Of a stretch of 64,000 bases of DNA, positions 30,581-41,351 are shown piece after piece. The stretch is from an uncultured Chloroflexia bacterium (lineage in GTDB: Bacteria > Chloroflexota > Limnocylindria > Limnocylindrales > CSP1-4): NCBI GenBank assembly GCA_963778645.1, contig CAVZVH010000001.1, forward strand, positions 67,697 to 131,696, given 5' to 3'. Both the position numbers and the translations under genes were made by a program. Position 1 is the stretch's first letter. Each line of letters starts with the position of its first letter. The notes below the pieces were generated by a model that was not told where the DNA came from, searched no databases, and was given only the letters and a program-made list of their open reading frames with translations.

Positions 30581-31366
30581 CTACTGGGTCGCGGTGAGAC
30601 CGCCGTCGATCCCGAGGACCTGGCCGGTCACGAATGAGGCGGCGTCCGAGCACAGGAAGATGGCCGGTCCGACGAGGTCGCTGGTCTCGCCGACGCGGCC
30701 GAGCGGGATGCGGTTCACGATGCCGGCCTTGAAGGCCGGGTCCTCGAGCAGCATCGCGACCTGCGGCGTGTCGACGAACGTCGGCATGATGGCGTTGACC
30801 CGGATCCCATGCTTCGCCCATTCGGTCGCCCATTGCCGGGTGAGCGAACTGATCGCTCCCTTCGCGGCCACATACGCGGAATAGCCGGCGTTGATCCCCA
30901 GGTTCGCGCGCACCGACGAGATGTTGAGGATCCGCCCGCCGTGACCCTGCGCGATGAGCTGACGGACGACGGCCTGGGTCGGCACGACCGTGCTTCGTAC
31001 GTTGAGCTCCATGATCCAGTCCCAGTCGGATCGGGGGTAGCCCTCGGCGGGATGGAGCGCCTTGCCGGCACCGCCGCCGACCGCATTGACGAGGATGTCG
31101 ATGCGACCGAACCGATCCACGGTCTCCCGGACCATCCGATCGCCGTCGGGCTCGCTGGTCACGTCCGCGACCACCGTGACGCCCTCGGATCCGGTCGCCT
31201 CCACGCGCTGGGTCGTCGCATCCAGGGTGTCGCGGGTCCGCCCGGCCACCGCGACGCGAGCACCCGCGCCAGCGAGGGCCACGGCCATGTCGGACCCGAT
31301 GCCCCCGCCGCCACCGGCGACGATGGCGACCAGCCCGTCGAGGCTGAAGATGTCGAGTTGGCCCAA
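30581..31366 (-). CDS. SDR oxidoreductase (gluconate 5-dehydrogenase/KduD-like)
   Basis: VAGGGGGIG, YVAAKG, VNAIMPT and GQVLGIDGG; TTG start at 31366 with AGAGGAG RBS. Confidence 0.88.
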   Translation of the reverse strand: MGQLDIFSLDGLVAIVAGGGGGIGSDMAVALAGAGARVAVAGRTRDTLDATTQRVEATGSEGVTVVADVTSEPDGDRMVRETVDRFGRIDILVNAVGGGAGKALHPAEGYPRSDWDWIMELNVRSTVVPTQAVVRQLIAQGHGGRILNISSVRANLGINAGYSAYVAAKGAISSLTRQWATEWAKHGIRVNAIMPTFVDTPQVAMLLEDPAFKAGIVNRIPLGRVGETSDLVGPAIFLCSDAASFVTGQVLGIDGGLTATQ

Positions 31367-31451
31367 TCCGTGCTCCTCTGCGCCTTCATCGATTATCGAA
31401 CGTTGGGCTGGCCGATGCACGAGCACGCGGCAGGATCGGCCCGTTCGGTCG

Positions 31452-31470
31452 TACCATAGAAAACGGTTGC
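31452..31470 (+). promoter_or_regulatory. -10 box (TACCAT) followed by a LacI-type operator GAAAACGGTTGC
   Basis: TACCAT 31452-31457; 31459-31470 fits the LacI consensus GnAAnCGnTTnC. A LacI gene lies in the downstream operon. Confidence 0.6.
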
Positions 31471-31505
31471 TGTCGCGACGAACACACGAGTCCGGAGTGA
31501 GTGAG

Positions 31506-32453
31506 ATGGCGCTGAACCTGGACGGTCTGATCCCGGCCACCGTGCTCCCGATGGCGGCCGACGGCAGCATCGACGAACCGGCCCTGCGCTCGTACATCGC
31601 GTGGATCGTCGAGCAGGGGCCGGTGGCGCTGGCGATCAATGTCGACACCGGCGAAGGGCCTCATCTCACCCACGACGAGAGGGTCCGGATCCTGCAGATC
31701 GTCGACGACGTCACTGACGTTCCGATCGTCGCCGGGCTCGCCGGACCGTCGACCGATGCGGCAGTCCGCCAGGCCGCGGAGTTCAAGGCAGCCGGCGCCG
31801 ACGCGCTCCTCGTCTTCCCGATCCCGGCGTACCTGAGCGAGCCGCTCGACGTGCGGGTCCCGGTGCGCTACCACGAGGCCATCGCCGAGGTTGGCCTGCC
31901 GCTCATCCTGTTCCAACTGCAACCCGCACTCGCCGGTCTGAACTTCGAGCCCGAGACGTTGCGGGCGATGGCCGAGGTCGACGGCGTCATCGCCATCAAG
32001 GAAGCGTCGTTCGATGCTCGGCGGTTCGTCGATACCGCGAACCTCCTCGCCGAGCTGCCCCGGCCGATCACGCTGCTGACCGGCAACGACAACTTCATCC
32101 TCGAGTCGTTCATGCTCGGGGCGACCGGCGCGCTCATCGGTTTCGGCGCGGTGATGACCCGCGAGCAGGTCCAGATGATCGAAGCGTGGCAGGCCGGCCG
32201 GATCGACGAGGCCCGGGCGCTCGGCAAGCGGGTCCAGCGGCTCGCCGACGTCGTGTTCGCGAAGCCCGTCGGCGACTACCGCGTGCGCCTCAAGGAGTGC
32301 CTGCGACTGCTGGGCGTCCTCGACGCGGCCCATGTCCGGCGCCCGTTGATGCCGATCAGCGAAGACGAGCGGGCGTACCTCGTCTGGGTCCTCTCGGAAG
32401 TCGGGCTGCTGTCCGGTGCGCCCGCCGCATCCCCCGCGTTCGCGCGACCCTAA
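31506..32453 (+). CDS. DapA/NanA-like class I aldolase family protein (non-canonical active site)
   Basis: GLIPATVLP, NVDTGEG, GADALLVFP, IAIKEAS (Schiff-base Lys) and LLTGND. Confidence 0.85.
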   Translation: MALNLDGLIPATVLPMAADGSIDEPALRSYIAWIVEQGPVALAINVDTGEGPHLTHDERVRILQIVDDVTDVPIVAGLAGPSTDAAVRQAAEFKAAGADALLVFPIPAYLSEPLDVRVPVRYHEAIAEVGLPLILFQLQPALAGLNFEPETLRAMAEVDGVIAIKEASFDARRFVDTANLLAELPRPITLLTGNDNFILESFMLGATGALIGFGAVMTREQVQMIEAWQAGRIDEARALGKRVQRLADVVFAKPVGDYRVRLKECLRLLGVLDAAHVRRPLMPISEDERAYLVWVLSEVGLLSGAPAASPAFARP

Positions 32454-32476
32454 CCACCGAGTCGGAGGGAGGAGCC

Positions 32477-34090
32477 ATGGCCACCGAGCCCGCAGATGTC
32501 CTGGTCATCGGTGCGGGCGCGTCCGGCGGCGTCGTGGCCCTTCGGCTCGCCCAGGCCGGGTTCGGCGTCGTCTGCCTCGAGCAGGGTGGGTGGCTCGACC
32601 GCGCGGACTATCCGGGCAACAAGCTCGACTGGGAGCTGAAGGCACGCAAAGACTGGGCGACCAGCCCGAACATCCGCAGGCTCACGCAGGACTACCCGAT
32701 CGTCGAGGACGACACCCCGGTCTCGCCGCTCATGTACAACGCGGTCGGCGGCTCCACGATCATCTTCGCCGGCGCCTGGCCTCGGGCACTCCCCTCGGAC
32801 TTCCGTGTCCGCTCGCTCGACGGCGTCGCCGACGACTGGCCGATCGACTACTTCGAGCTGCTGCCGTACTTCTACCGGACCGACCGAGACTTCGGCGTGT
32901 CCGGCCTGCCGGGCGATCCGGCCTATCCGCCGGACACCGAGGACGCGCCGATGCCGCCGCTCCCGATCGGGTCGGCCGGGCTGAAGGTGGCCCGAGCGCA
33001 AACGAAGCTGGGCTGGCACTGGTGGCCGGAGTTCAACTCGATCAACTCGACGCCGTATGACGGCCGTCGACCGTGCGTCCAGCGGAGCACCTGCCAGTCG
33101 GGCTGCAACGAGGGTGCCAAGGCGTCGACCGACCTGACCCACTGGCCGAAGGCGCTCGCCCTGGGCGCGCGACTCGTGACGGGCGCACGCGTTCGCCGGA
33201 TCGAGACCGACGCACGAGGCCTCGCGACCGGCGCGACCTGGATCGACCAGGACGGCGGCGAACACTACGAACCGGCCAAGGTGGTCGTCGTCGCGGCCAA
33301 CGCCATCGGCACTCCCCGGCTGCTGCTGCTCTCGGCGAGCCCGAAGCACCCCGACGGGTTGGCGAACTCGTCCGGCCTCGTCGGGAAGCGGCTGATGATG
33401 CATCCCTTCGCCAACGTCGCCGGCCTGTTCGAGGAGCCGCTGATGAGCTGGCAGGGCCAGTTCGGCGACCTCATCGAGTCGCTCGAGTTCTACGAGACCG
33501 ACGAGAAGCGTGGCTTCGTCCGTGGCGCCCGATGGGGCCTGGCCCCGACCGGCGGGCCGATCAACACCGCACTCCCGAGCCGGGCCGGCGAGCAGGCCTG
33601 GGGCCGCGAGCACCACACGCATGTCAAGACCCATCTCGGCCACGGCGCGAACTGGGGTCTCTTCGCCGAGGACCTGCCCGACGAGGCGAACCAGGTCACG
33701 ATCGCACCGACGGTCACCGACTCGTCCGGCATCCCGGCGCCCGAGGTCCACTACCGGATGTCCGACAATTCGCGCCGGATGCTCGATTTCCACATCGAAC
33801 GGGCGAAGGAGTCGATGGACGCCGCAGGCGCCTACAAGGTCGAGGTCGACCGCCTGATGCGCTACTCGGGCTGGCATCTGCTGGGTACCGCCCGGATGGG
33901 CGACGACCCGGAGACGTCGGTGCTCGACCGCTGGAACCGCGCCCACGACGTCCCGAACCTGTACGTCGTCGACGGCTCGTGCTTCGTTACGTCGACGGGC
34001 GTGAACCCGACGTCGACGATCGTCGCGATCGCCCTGCGAGCGGCCGATCACATGATCGAGACGCGTTTCGAGCAGCAGGTCCCGGCATGA
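32477..34090 (+). CDS. GMC family FAD oxidoreductase
   Basis: VIGAGASG, VGGSTIIF, Cys-rich CVQRSTCQSGC, NAIGTPRLLL, HLLGTARMG and NLYVVDGS..NPTSTI. Confidence 0.93.
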   Translation: MATEPADVLVIGAGASGGVVALRLAQAGFGVVCLEQGGWLDRADYPGNKLDWELKARKDWATSPNIRRLTQDYPIVEDDTPVSPLMYNAVGGSTIIFAGAWPRALPSDFRVRSLDGVADDWPIDYFELLPYFYRTDRDFGVSGLPGDPAYPPDTEDAPMPPLPIGSAGLKVARAQTKLGWHWWPEFNSINSTPYDGRRPCVQRSTCQSGCNEGAKASTDLTHWPKALALGARLVTGARVRRIETDARGLATGATWIDQDGGEHYEPAKVVVVAANAIGTPRLLLLSASPKHPDGLANSSGLVGKRLMMHPFANVAGLFEEPLMSWQGQFGDLIESLEFYETDEKRGFVRGARWGLAPTGGPINTALPSRAGEQAWGREHHTHVKTHLGHGANWGLFAEDLPDEANQVTIAPTVTDSSGIPAPEVHYRMSDNSRRMLDFHIERAKESMDAAGAYKVEVDRLMRYSGWHLLGTARMGDDPETSVLDRWNRAHDVPNLYVVDGSCFVTSTGVNPTSTIVAIALRAADHMIETRFEQQVPA

Positions 34091-34650
34091 CCGCCGGATC
34101 GAGGCCCTCCACGACACCGGTCGACCCGCTCGCGAGCCTCGACGCCGCGGAGCGGGCGACGCTCAGCGCGATCGCCGACCGGCTCATCCCCGCCGCGCAC
34201 GGGATGCCGTCGGCGGCCGATGTCCTCGGCGACGATCGGCTGCGGTTCGTCCTGAACGCCCGGCCTGACCTCATCGAGCCGCTTCGAGGGGCGCTCCGGC
34301 GCGAGCTCGGCGACGACGTCGGGGCGCGCCTCGATGCCCTCGGCCGGGACGAGCCGTCGACGCTCGGAGCGTTGCAGCTGGTGATCGTCGCCGGTTACTA
34401 CACCGACCGTCGGATCCGGGAGCTGATCGGGTACCCCGGGCAGATGGCAGTCGAGCTGCGGTCGTGGGAGTACCCGGCATATCTCGAGGAAGGACTGATC
34501 GACGCTGTGCTCGCTCGCGGGCCGGTATGGCGGGATCCGGCGACCGGGCAGCGGGCTGTCGCCACGGGCGCGCCGCGGACCTACGCGGAGCGCTGGGCGA
34601 CGGACGCTGGGTCGCCCGAAGGAGGACGAGATGGCCCCGATCGCACCTGA
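34087..34650 (+). CDS. Gluconate 2-dehydrogenase subunit 3-like partner of the GMC enzyme
   Basis: ERATLSAIADRLIP and GYYTD...LIGYPG patterns; ATGA-coupled to the GMC gene. Confidence 0.7.
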   Translation: MTAGSRPSTTPVDPLASLDAAERATLSAIADRLIPAAHGMPSAADVLGDDRLRFVLNARPDLIEPLRGALRRELGDDVGARLDALGRDEPSTLGALQLVIVAGYYTDRRIRELIGYPGQMAVELRSWEYPAYLEEGLIDAVLARGPVWRDPATGQRAVATGAPRTYAERWATDAGSPEGGRDGPDRT

Positions 34651-36106
34651 GACGGAGTCTGCGGCACCGAGCTGGCTCGGGTCCTTCGTCGAGACGTGGG
34701 AACCGGGCACGGGCGCGCCGATCGAGGACCGCGAGCCGGCGACCGGCCGACTCATCACGACCGTCGCCGGCAGCACCCCGGACGACGTCGCCCGCGCCGC
34801 CGCCCGCGCCGCCGAGGCGCAGCCTGCCTGGGCCGCGACGAACTACCAGGAGCGGGCGCGCGTCCTGCGCCGGGCGGCCGAGATCTACGACGCCAACCGC
34901 GACGAGTTCGGCAGGTGGACGCAGCGCGAGACCGGAGCCTCCCACAGCAAGATGCACCATGAGTCGAACTTCGCCTACCACGAGATCCTCAACGCGGCGA
35001 CCCTCCCGTCACAGGCCTACGGCTCGCTCATGCCATCGGCGGTCAGGGGCCGGCTCTCGATGGTCCGACGGGTGCCCGCCGGGCTCATCGGTGCCATCAC
35101 GCCGTGGAACTCGCCATCGGTGTTGGGCATGCGCGTGGTCGCGCCGGCGTTGGCGCTCGGCAATGCGGTCGTGCTCAAGCCGGACCCGCAGACACCCGTC
35201 GTCGGCGGCGCGATGTTCGCCGCGGTCTTCCGGGAGGCGGGCTTGCCGGAAGGCCTGCTCCAGGTCGTGATCGGCGGCGCCGACGTCGGCGAGGCCCTGG
35301 TGACCGACCCCAACGTCTCGGTCGTCTCGTTCACCGGGTCGACCACCGTCGGCCGGCGGGTCGGCCAGTTGGCCGGGGGCCTGCTCAAGAAGGTCTCGCT
35401 GGAGCTCGGTGGCAACAACGCGTTCATCGTCCTCGACGACGCCGACCTCGACGCGGCTACGGCGGCTGGTGCCTTCTCCGCGTTCCAGTTCCAGGGCCAG
35501 GTCTGCTTCGCGGCCGGCCGGCACCTCGTCCACCACAGCCTCGCCGACTCGTACATCTCGGCTCTCACCGAGAAGGCGAGGGGCCTGCGGACGGGCGATC
35601 CGTATCGCGAGGATGTCCAGATGGGCCCGATCGTCAACGAGAAGCAGATCGCCCGCGTCGATGGGATCGTCCAGCGCTCGATCTCGGCTGGGGCCGTCGT
35701 GAACGAGGGCGCCACCTTCGAGGGTCTGTTCTACCGACCGACGGTCCTCACCTCGGTCACCCCGGACATGCCGGCGTTCACCGACGAGATCTTCGGCCCG
35801 GTCGCGCCGATCACGGTCTTCGAGACCGACGAGGACGCGATCGCCCTGGCCAACGCGAGCAGCTACGGGCTCGTGGCGTCGATCTACACGCGCTCGATCT
35901 CGCGCGGGCTCGCGTTCGCCGACCGGATGCGCACCGGCATGGTCCACATCAACGACGGCACGCTCAACGACGAGGCGATCATCCCGTTCGGCGGGATGGG
36001 CGACTCCGGCAATGGCAGCCGGTACGGCGGCGAGGCCAGTCTCGACACGTTCACCGAGTGGCAGTGGGTCACGGTGCGCGACGAACAGCCGACCTTCCCG
36101 TTCTGA
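34631..36106 (+). CDS. Aldehyde dehydrogenase (benzaldehyde dehydrogenase-like)
   Basis: ITPWN, LKPDPQTP, FTGST, LELGGN, QGQVC, EIFGPV and PFGGMGDSGNG. Confidence 0.92.
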   Translation: MAPIAPETESAAPSWLGSFVETWEPGTGAPIEDREPATGRLITTVAGSTPDDVARAAARAAEAQPAWAATNYQERARVLRRAAEIYDANRDEFGRWTQRETGASHSKMHHESNFAYHEILNAATLPSQAYGSLMPSAVRGRLSMVRRVPAGLIGAITPWNSPSVLGMRVVAPALALGNAVVLKPDPQTPVVGGAMFAAVFREAGLPEGLLQVVIGGADVGEALVTDPNVSVVSFTGSTTVGRRVGQLAGGLLKKVSLELGGNNAFIVLDDADLDAATAAGAFSAFQFQGQVCFAAGRHLVHHSLADSYISALTEKARGLRTGDPYREDVQMGPIVNEKQIARVDGIVQRSISAGAVVNEGATFEGLFYRPTVLTSVTPDMPAFTDEIFGPVAPITVFETDEDAIALANASSYGLVASIYTRSISRGLAFADRMRTGMVHINDGTLNDEAIIPFGGMGDSGNGSRYGGEASLDTFTEWQWVTVRDEQPTFPF

Positions 36107-36123
36107 TCGACGGGATCGCACGC

Positions 36124-37194
36124 GTGACGTCCATCACCGACGTGGCTAGGCTGGCCGGGGTCTCGACGGCCACGGTCTCGCGGGTCGTGTCGGCGGCGCC
36201 ATACGCGGTCAGCGCCGCGACCCGCGCGCGCGTGCTCGACGCGGCGCGCACCCTCGATTACGTCCCCAACGCCCTCGCGCGCGGGATGCTCAAGAGCCAC
36301 ATCCCGGTCGTCGGCGTGGTCGTCCACGACATCACGGACCCGTACTTCTCGGAGGTCGTGCGTGGCGTCGAAGACGCGGCCGCCGTCGGCGGATCGCTCG
36401 TCATCACGTGCAGCTCCGATCGGATCGCGGAGCGAGAGAACTCGTACGTCCGCCTGCTCCGCTCGATGCGCGTGGCGACCCTCATCTTCGCGGGCAGCGG
36501 GCTCGACGATCCGGCGGCCAACGCCGAGATGCGCAGGCATGTCGCCGCGATGCGCGGCTACGGGGCGGCCGTCGTCCACTTGTCGCCGCACGCCTTCGGG
36601 CAGGCAGAGGTCGGCGTCGATAACGTCGGCGGCATCGCCAGCGTCGTGGCCGAGCTCGTCCGGCTGGGGCACCGGCAGATCGCGTTCCTGGCTGGCCCGA
36701 CCTCGCTGTACGTCGCGCGCCAGCGACTGGAGGGGTACCGGCGCGGCCTGGCCGAGGCCGACATCCCCTTCGATGAGGCCCTGGTCGTGAGCACCGGGTT
36801 CAACCGCGACGGCGGCGCGCTCGGCATCGACACCTTGCTGGCCGGTGTAGCGCCGTTCACGGCGGTCTGCTCGGCCAATGACCTGCTCGCGCTGGGCGCG
36901 CTGCAGCGCCTGGCGGAGCTCGGCATCAAGGTGCCGCGAGAGGTCTCGGTCGCGGGCTTCGACGACATCCAGACCGCGGCGATGGCGACGCCCGGGCTGT
37001 CGACCGTCCGGCTGCCGCTCCACGAGATCGGCCGCCGCGGCTTCGCGTTCGCCGAACGACAGCTGGCCGGTGCCCGACCGCGTCGGGAGGTGCTCCCGAC
37101 CGAGTTGGTCATGCGCGAGTCGACCGCCCAGGCGCCGGCCTCGGCGCTGCCCCGAGCCGCAGCCCATCGGCGCGCGGCGGCAGGGGCCGCCTGA
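36124..37194 (+). CDS. LacI family transcriptional regulator
   Basis: SITDVARLAGVSTATVSRV, LDYVPNALAR, NDLLALG and VAGFDD; GTG start at 36124. Confidence 0.93.
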   Translation: MTSITDVARLAGVSTATVSRVVSAAPYAVSAATRARVLDAARTLDYVPNALARGMLKSHIPVVGVVVHDITDPYFSEVVRGVEDAAAVGGSLVITCSSDRIAERENSYVRLLRSMRVATLIFAGSGLDDPAANAEMRRHVAAMRGYGAAVVHLSPHAFGQAEVGVDNVGGIASVVAELVRLGHRQIAFLAGPTSLYVARQRLEGYRRGLAEADIPFDEALVVSTGFNRDGGALGIDTLLAGVAPFTAVCSANDLLALGALQRLAELGIKVPREVSVAGFDDIQTAAMATPGLSTVRLPLHEIGRRGFAFAERQLAGARPRREVLPTELVMRESTAQAPASALPRAAAHRRAAAGAA

Positions 37195-37949
37195 TGGGTG
37201 GGGCACTAGCCGACCGGGTGGTGCTGGTGACCGGCAGCAGCCGGGGGATCGGGGCCGAGGTCGCGGTCAAGGCGGCGACCGAAGGCGCGGTGGTGGCGGT
37301 CCACTACCACGGGTCTGGCGACGCCGCCGAGGAGACCCTCGCGCGCGTGCGCCTCGCTGGCGCGGACGGTGCGACCTTCGCCGCCGACGTCGCCGACGGC
37401 CGCCAGGCGGAGGACCTCGTCGAGGCGGTCATCGGTCGGTTCGGACGGGTGGACGGGCTCGTGAACAATGCGGGCCGGACACTGGTCGGTCCGTTCCTCG
37501 AGGTCGCGCCGGCCGAGTGGGACGAGGTCATCCGCACCGACCTGACGGCCGCTTTTCACACGTGCCGCGCCGTGCTGCCCTCGATGGTCGAGCGCGGCAG
37601 CGGGGGCATCGTCAACATCGCGTCGCGCCTCGGCCAGGTCGGTGTCGCGGAGACCGCTGCCTACAGTGCGGCCAAGGCGGGGCTCATCGGCCTGACACGA
37701 GCCCTGGCTCGCGAGTTCGGGCCCCTCGGGATCCGCGTGAACGCGGTCGCGCCGGGCATGACGATCACGGGGATGACGACCGAGCTCGCCGACAGCGAGG
37801 AGGGCCGACGGCGGCTGCGCGACATGCCGCTCGGGCGGTTCGGTCGCGCGGATGAGGTCGCGGACGCCGTGATCTTCCTGCTGTCCGATGCCTCGTCGCT
37901 GTTCCTTGGTCAGACCCTCAACCCGAATGCCGGAGGCTACATGCCGTGA
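37194..37949 (+). CDS. SDR oxidoreductase (FabG-like)
   Basis: TGSSRGIG, NNAG, YSAAKAG and VNAVAPG. Confidence 0.92.
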   Translation: MGGALADRVVLVTGSSRGIGAEVAVKAATEGAVVAVHYHGSGDAAEETLARVRLAGADGATFAADVADGRQAEDLVEAVIGRFGRVDGLVNNAGRTLVGPFLEVAPAEWDEVIRTDLTAAFHTCRAVLPSMVERGSGGIVNIASRLGQVGVAETAAYSAAKAGLIGLTRALAREFGPLGIRVNAVAPGMTITGMTTELADSEEGRRRLRDMPLGRFGRADEVADAVIFLLSDASSLFLGQTLNPNAGGYMP

Positions 37950-39505
37950 CCACGATCGTCGACGTTCGGGAGGCGGTCGGTCTGGTCCGCGACGGTAGCA
38001 CCGTGGTCATCGGCGGTTCCGGGGCGGGCCACGCGCTGCCGCAGCGCTTCATCGACGAGCTGGCGACGGCCTTTGCCGAGGAGGGCCGGCCGCGCGACCT
38101 GACCACGGTCCGGGTCGTGGGCATCGGCGACTTCGCGGACCGTGGCTTCTCGCAGCTCGGCCTGTCCGGGCTCATGAGGCGGACGATCGGCAGCAACATC
38201 GGGAACGAGCCCCGTCTTGGCGCGCTCGTCGAGGCCAACGAGATCGAGTCCTATTCGTTCCCCCAGGGCGTGCTGTCCCAGCTCATGCGCGAGATCGCCG
38301 CCGGGCGGCCCGGCGTCCTCACCCAGGTCGGGCTCGGCACGTACGTGGATCCGCGTCAGACCGGCGGCAAGCAAAACGCGAGGACGACCGAGGATCTCGT
38401 CGAGGTCGTCACGATCCGGGGCCGGGAATGGTTGCTCTTCCACGCCTTCCCCATCGATGTCGCCGTCATCCGGGGCACGAGTGCCGACGAGGACGGCAAT
38501 CTGACGATGGAGGGCGAGGCGATCCAGGGCGAGATGCTGGCCATGGCGATGGCCGCCCGGAACAGTGGCGGCATCGTCATCGCCCAGGTCCGACAACTCG
38601 CCACGCGAGGGAGCGTTCGGATGCGGGACGTGAAGGTGCCGGGTGCCCTGATCGACCACGTGTACATCGACCCGGACCAGTGGCAGACGTACATCACGCA
38701 GGACTCGCCCTACTACGCCGGGGCGCTGCGCCGACCGGTCCGGCCGGAACCGCCCTTGCCGCTCGACGTCCGCAAGATCATCGCGCGCCGCTCATTGCTG
38801 GAGTTCCCGCCCGGCGCCATCTGCAATCTCGGCTTCGGGATCAGTCAGCTCATCGGCCGGGTCGCCTGGGAGGAGGGGATCACCGACCAACTGGTGCTGA
38901 CCGTCGAGCAGGGCATCTTCGGTGGCGTCCCGGTGGCCGGCAACGAGGGGGGAGCCGGGTTCAACTACCAGGCCATGATCGACCAGCCCTACATGTTCGA
39001 CTTCTACGACGGCGGCGGGCTGGACATCGCGAGCCTGTCGTTCGCCGAGGTGGACGCGGAGGGCAACGTGAACGTCCACGCCTTCGAGGGGCGGGTCCGC
39101 GGCCCGGGCGGGTTCCCCAACATCAGCGCCCGGACCGCCAAGATCAACTTCGTCGGCACCCTGACCGCGCGCGGTCTCGAGATCGATATCGACGGCGGGG
39201 TTCGGATCGCCAGCGAAGGCCGCCTCGGCAAGTTCGTGCCGGAGGTGCGCGAGATCTCGTTCAACGGTCGGCTGGCCCGCGAGCGCGGGCAACAGGTGCG
39301 CTACATCACCGAGCGTGCCGTCTTCGCGCTGGAGGACGACGGCCTCGTCCTGATCGAGGTCGCGCCCGGCATCGATGTCGAGCGCGACGTCCTGGGCCAG
39401 ATGGGCTTCCGGCCGCGTGTCGCCGATGACCTGCGGACTATGGACCCGCGGCTGTATTCGACGGGACCGATGGGGCTCGCGGCGGACTTCGCGGGCGCCC
39501 GGTGA
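37946..39505 (+). CDS. Family I CoA-transferase, fused alpha/beta (YdiF/propionate CoA-transferase type)
   Basis: [28 protein letters not shown] (catalytic Glu), GPGGFPNI and YITERAVF. Confidence 0.9.
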   Translation: MTTIVDVREAVGLVRDGSTVVIGGSGAGHALPQRFIDELATAFAEEGRPRDLTTVRVVGIGDFADRGFSQLGLSGLMRRTIGSNIGNEPRLGALVEANEIESYSFPQGVLSQLMREIAAGRPGVLTQVGLGTYVDPRQTGGKQNARTTEDLVEVVTIRGREWLLFHAFPIDVAVIRGTSADEDGNLTMEGEAIQGEMLAMAMAARNSGGIVIAQVRQLATRGSVRMRDVKVPGALIDHVYIDPDQWQTYITQDSPYYAGALRRPVRPEPPLPLDVRKIIARRSLLEFPPGAICNLGFGISQLIGRVAWEEGITDQLVLTVEQGIFGGVPVAGNEGGAGFNYQAMIDQPYMFDFYDGGGLDIASLSFAEVDAEGNVNVHAFEGRVRGPGGFPNISARTAKINFVGTLTARGLEIDIDGGVRIASEGRLGKFVPEVREISFNGRLARERGQQVRYITERAVFALEDDGLVLIEVAPGIDVERDVLGQMGFRPRVADDLRTMDPRLYSTGPMGLAADFAGAR

Positions 39506-40283
39506 GCGGCCTGATCGCACTCGAGCTCGGACGGGTCGCGCACCTCGAGCTGGTCAACCCGCCGCTGAACCTGGTCACGCGCGACCTGCTCGACGAGCTG
39601 GAAGCGGCGCTCGATGTGCTCGCGGCAGCCTCCCCGGGCGACGTCCGCGCGGTGGTCCTGAGCGGGCGCGGGCAGCGCGCGTTCTCCGCGGGATCGCACG
39701 TCGGCGAGTTCGAGGCCCAGCGCGGCCCCGGCGGCCGGCAGCGGCACGAGCTCGAGGCAGGCGTCGCGCGGCGCCTGGCCGAACTGCCGATGCCGACCAT
39801 CGCCGCGATCGAGGGCAACGCGCTCGGTGGCGGGCTGGAGCTCGCGCTGTGCTGCGACATCCGGATCGCGTCGGACCGTGCCCGGCTCGGCCTGCCGGAG
39901 GTGCGCCTGGCTGTCATCCCTGGCGCCGGAGGCACGCAGCGGCTCCCGCGGGTCGTGGGATCGGCCTGGGCGCGGGAGATGATCCTGACCGGGCGTGTGC
40001 TGACCGCGGCCGAGGCCGAGCGGATCGGCCTCGTCGCACGAGGTCGTGCCGGCTGGCGACGCCGTCGCGCGCGCCCAGGCCATCGGCGAGGAGATCGCCG
40101 CCCGTGGCCCGCTCGCCGTCCGCGAGGCAAAACGACTGATCGACCTCGCGACCGAGGTCGACCTGGACGCCGGCCTGGCGGCCGAGTTGGACGCGTCGGA
40201 ACGGATCTTCGCCAGCGAGGACATGCTCGAGGGCGCTCAGGCGTTTCTCGGCAAGCGACGACCCGGAGTATCGCGGCCGTTGA
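39502..40283 (+). CDS. Enoyl-CoA hydratase/isomerase (apparent frameshifts near 40037 and 40265)
   Basis: [25 protein letters not shown] and [21 protein letters not shown]; the C-terminus continues in another frame ([16 protein letters not shown]). Confidence 0.88.
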
Positions 40284-40307
40284 GGCCGACCTGGAGGTGG
40301 TTTGTCC

Positions 40308-41351
40308 ATGAGCGACGTCGGACGGTTCGGGGTCTTCCTGCCGTCGTACATCTGGGAGGGCGACGGTCCGGAGCGCGCGCGCGGGATCAAGGCGTTCGCG
40401 CGGACGGTGGAGGAGCTCGGGTTCGACTCGCTGTTCATCACCGACCACCTGCTGGCGGCCAGGCGGTTCTATTCGGTCTCGTTCCTGGAGCCCCTCGCGG
40501 CGCTCGCCGTCGCGGCCGGCGTGACGGAGCGGGTCCGCCTGGGCACCTCGATCCTGATCATGCCGCTGCGCAACCCCGTGCTGCTGGCCAAGGAGCTGGC
40601 GACGCTCCAGTTCCTGTCCGAGAACCGGATGATCCTCGGTGCCGGCGTGGGCTGGAACGAGGCCGAGTACGAGGCGGTCGGGGTCCACAAGTCGGAGCGC
40701 GGCAAGCGCACCGACGAGATGCTGGACATCCTGCTGCCGCTGCTGGAAGGGGAAAGGGTCACCTACCACGGCCGGTACTACTCGGTCGACGACCTGTTCA
40801 TCGAGCCGATCGCGTCGCAGCGCCCCGAGGTGTGGATCGGCGGTGGCTCGCAGCTGGCCGACGAGAAGTCCCCGGACCTGCCCCGGTTCGTGGAGGCGGT
40901 CAAGGCCCGCGTCCTGCGAACCGATGGCTGGATCCCGCGCCCGACCTGCCCGCCCGACGACATCGCCCGCGACTGGGTCGAGCTCCAGGCCTACTACCGC
41001 GAGCACGGTCGCGACCCGCGCGAGTGCGTCGTCGCCCACGAGAACTTCCTGCACCTCGTCCTGACCAACGACCCGGTGAAGGCGCGGGAGGAACAGCACC
41101 GCGCGTTCCTCAAGGTGATGAGCGCCGAGCGCGGCGAGCACTACCTCGAATCGGTCTATCTGTTCGGGACGCCTGACGAGGTGATCGCGTCGCTCCAGGC
41201 CCGGGTGGATGCCGGGGTGGAGTACTTCGTCCTGCACACGATGACGCCGGATCCCGCCCAGCTCCAGCACTGGGTCGACGAGATCATCCCCAACATCACG
41301 TTCCCCGCGACGGCTGGGCCGGTCCGGCGGGTGTCCCCGGCGTTGCGGTGA
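40308..41351 (+). CDS. LLM class flavin-dependent oxidoreductase (possibly F420-dependent)
   Basis: [42 protein letters not shown] and PEVWIGG. Confidence 0.88.
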   Translation: MSDVGRFGVFLPSYIWEGDGPERARGIKAFARTVEELGFDSLFITDHLLAARRFYSVSFLEPLAALAVAAGVTERVRLGTSILIMPLRNPVLLAKELATLQFLSENRMILGAGVGWNEAEYEAVGVHKSERGKRTDEMLDILLPLLEGERVTYHGRYYSVDDLFIEPIASQRPEVWIGGGSQLADEKSPDLPRFVEAVKARVLRTDGWIPRPTCPPDDIARDWVELQAYYREHGRDPRECVVAHENFLHLVLTNDPVKAREEQHRAFLKVMSAERGEHYLESVYLFGTPDEVIASLQARVDAGVEYFVLHTMTPDPAQLQHWVDEIIPNITFPATAGPVRRVSPALR

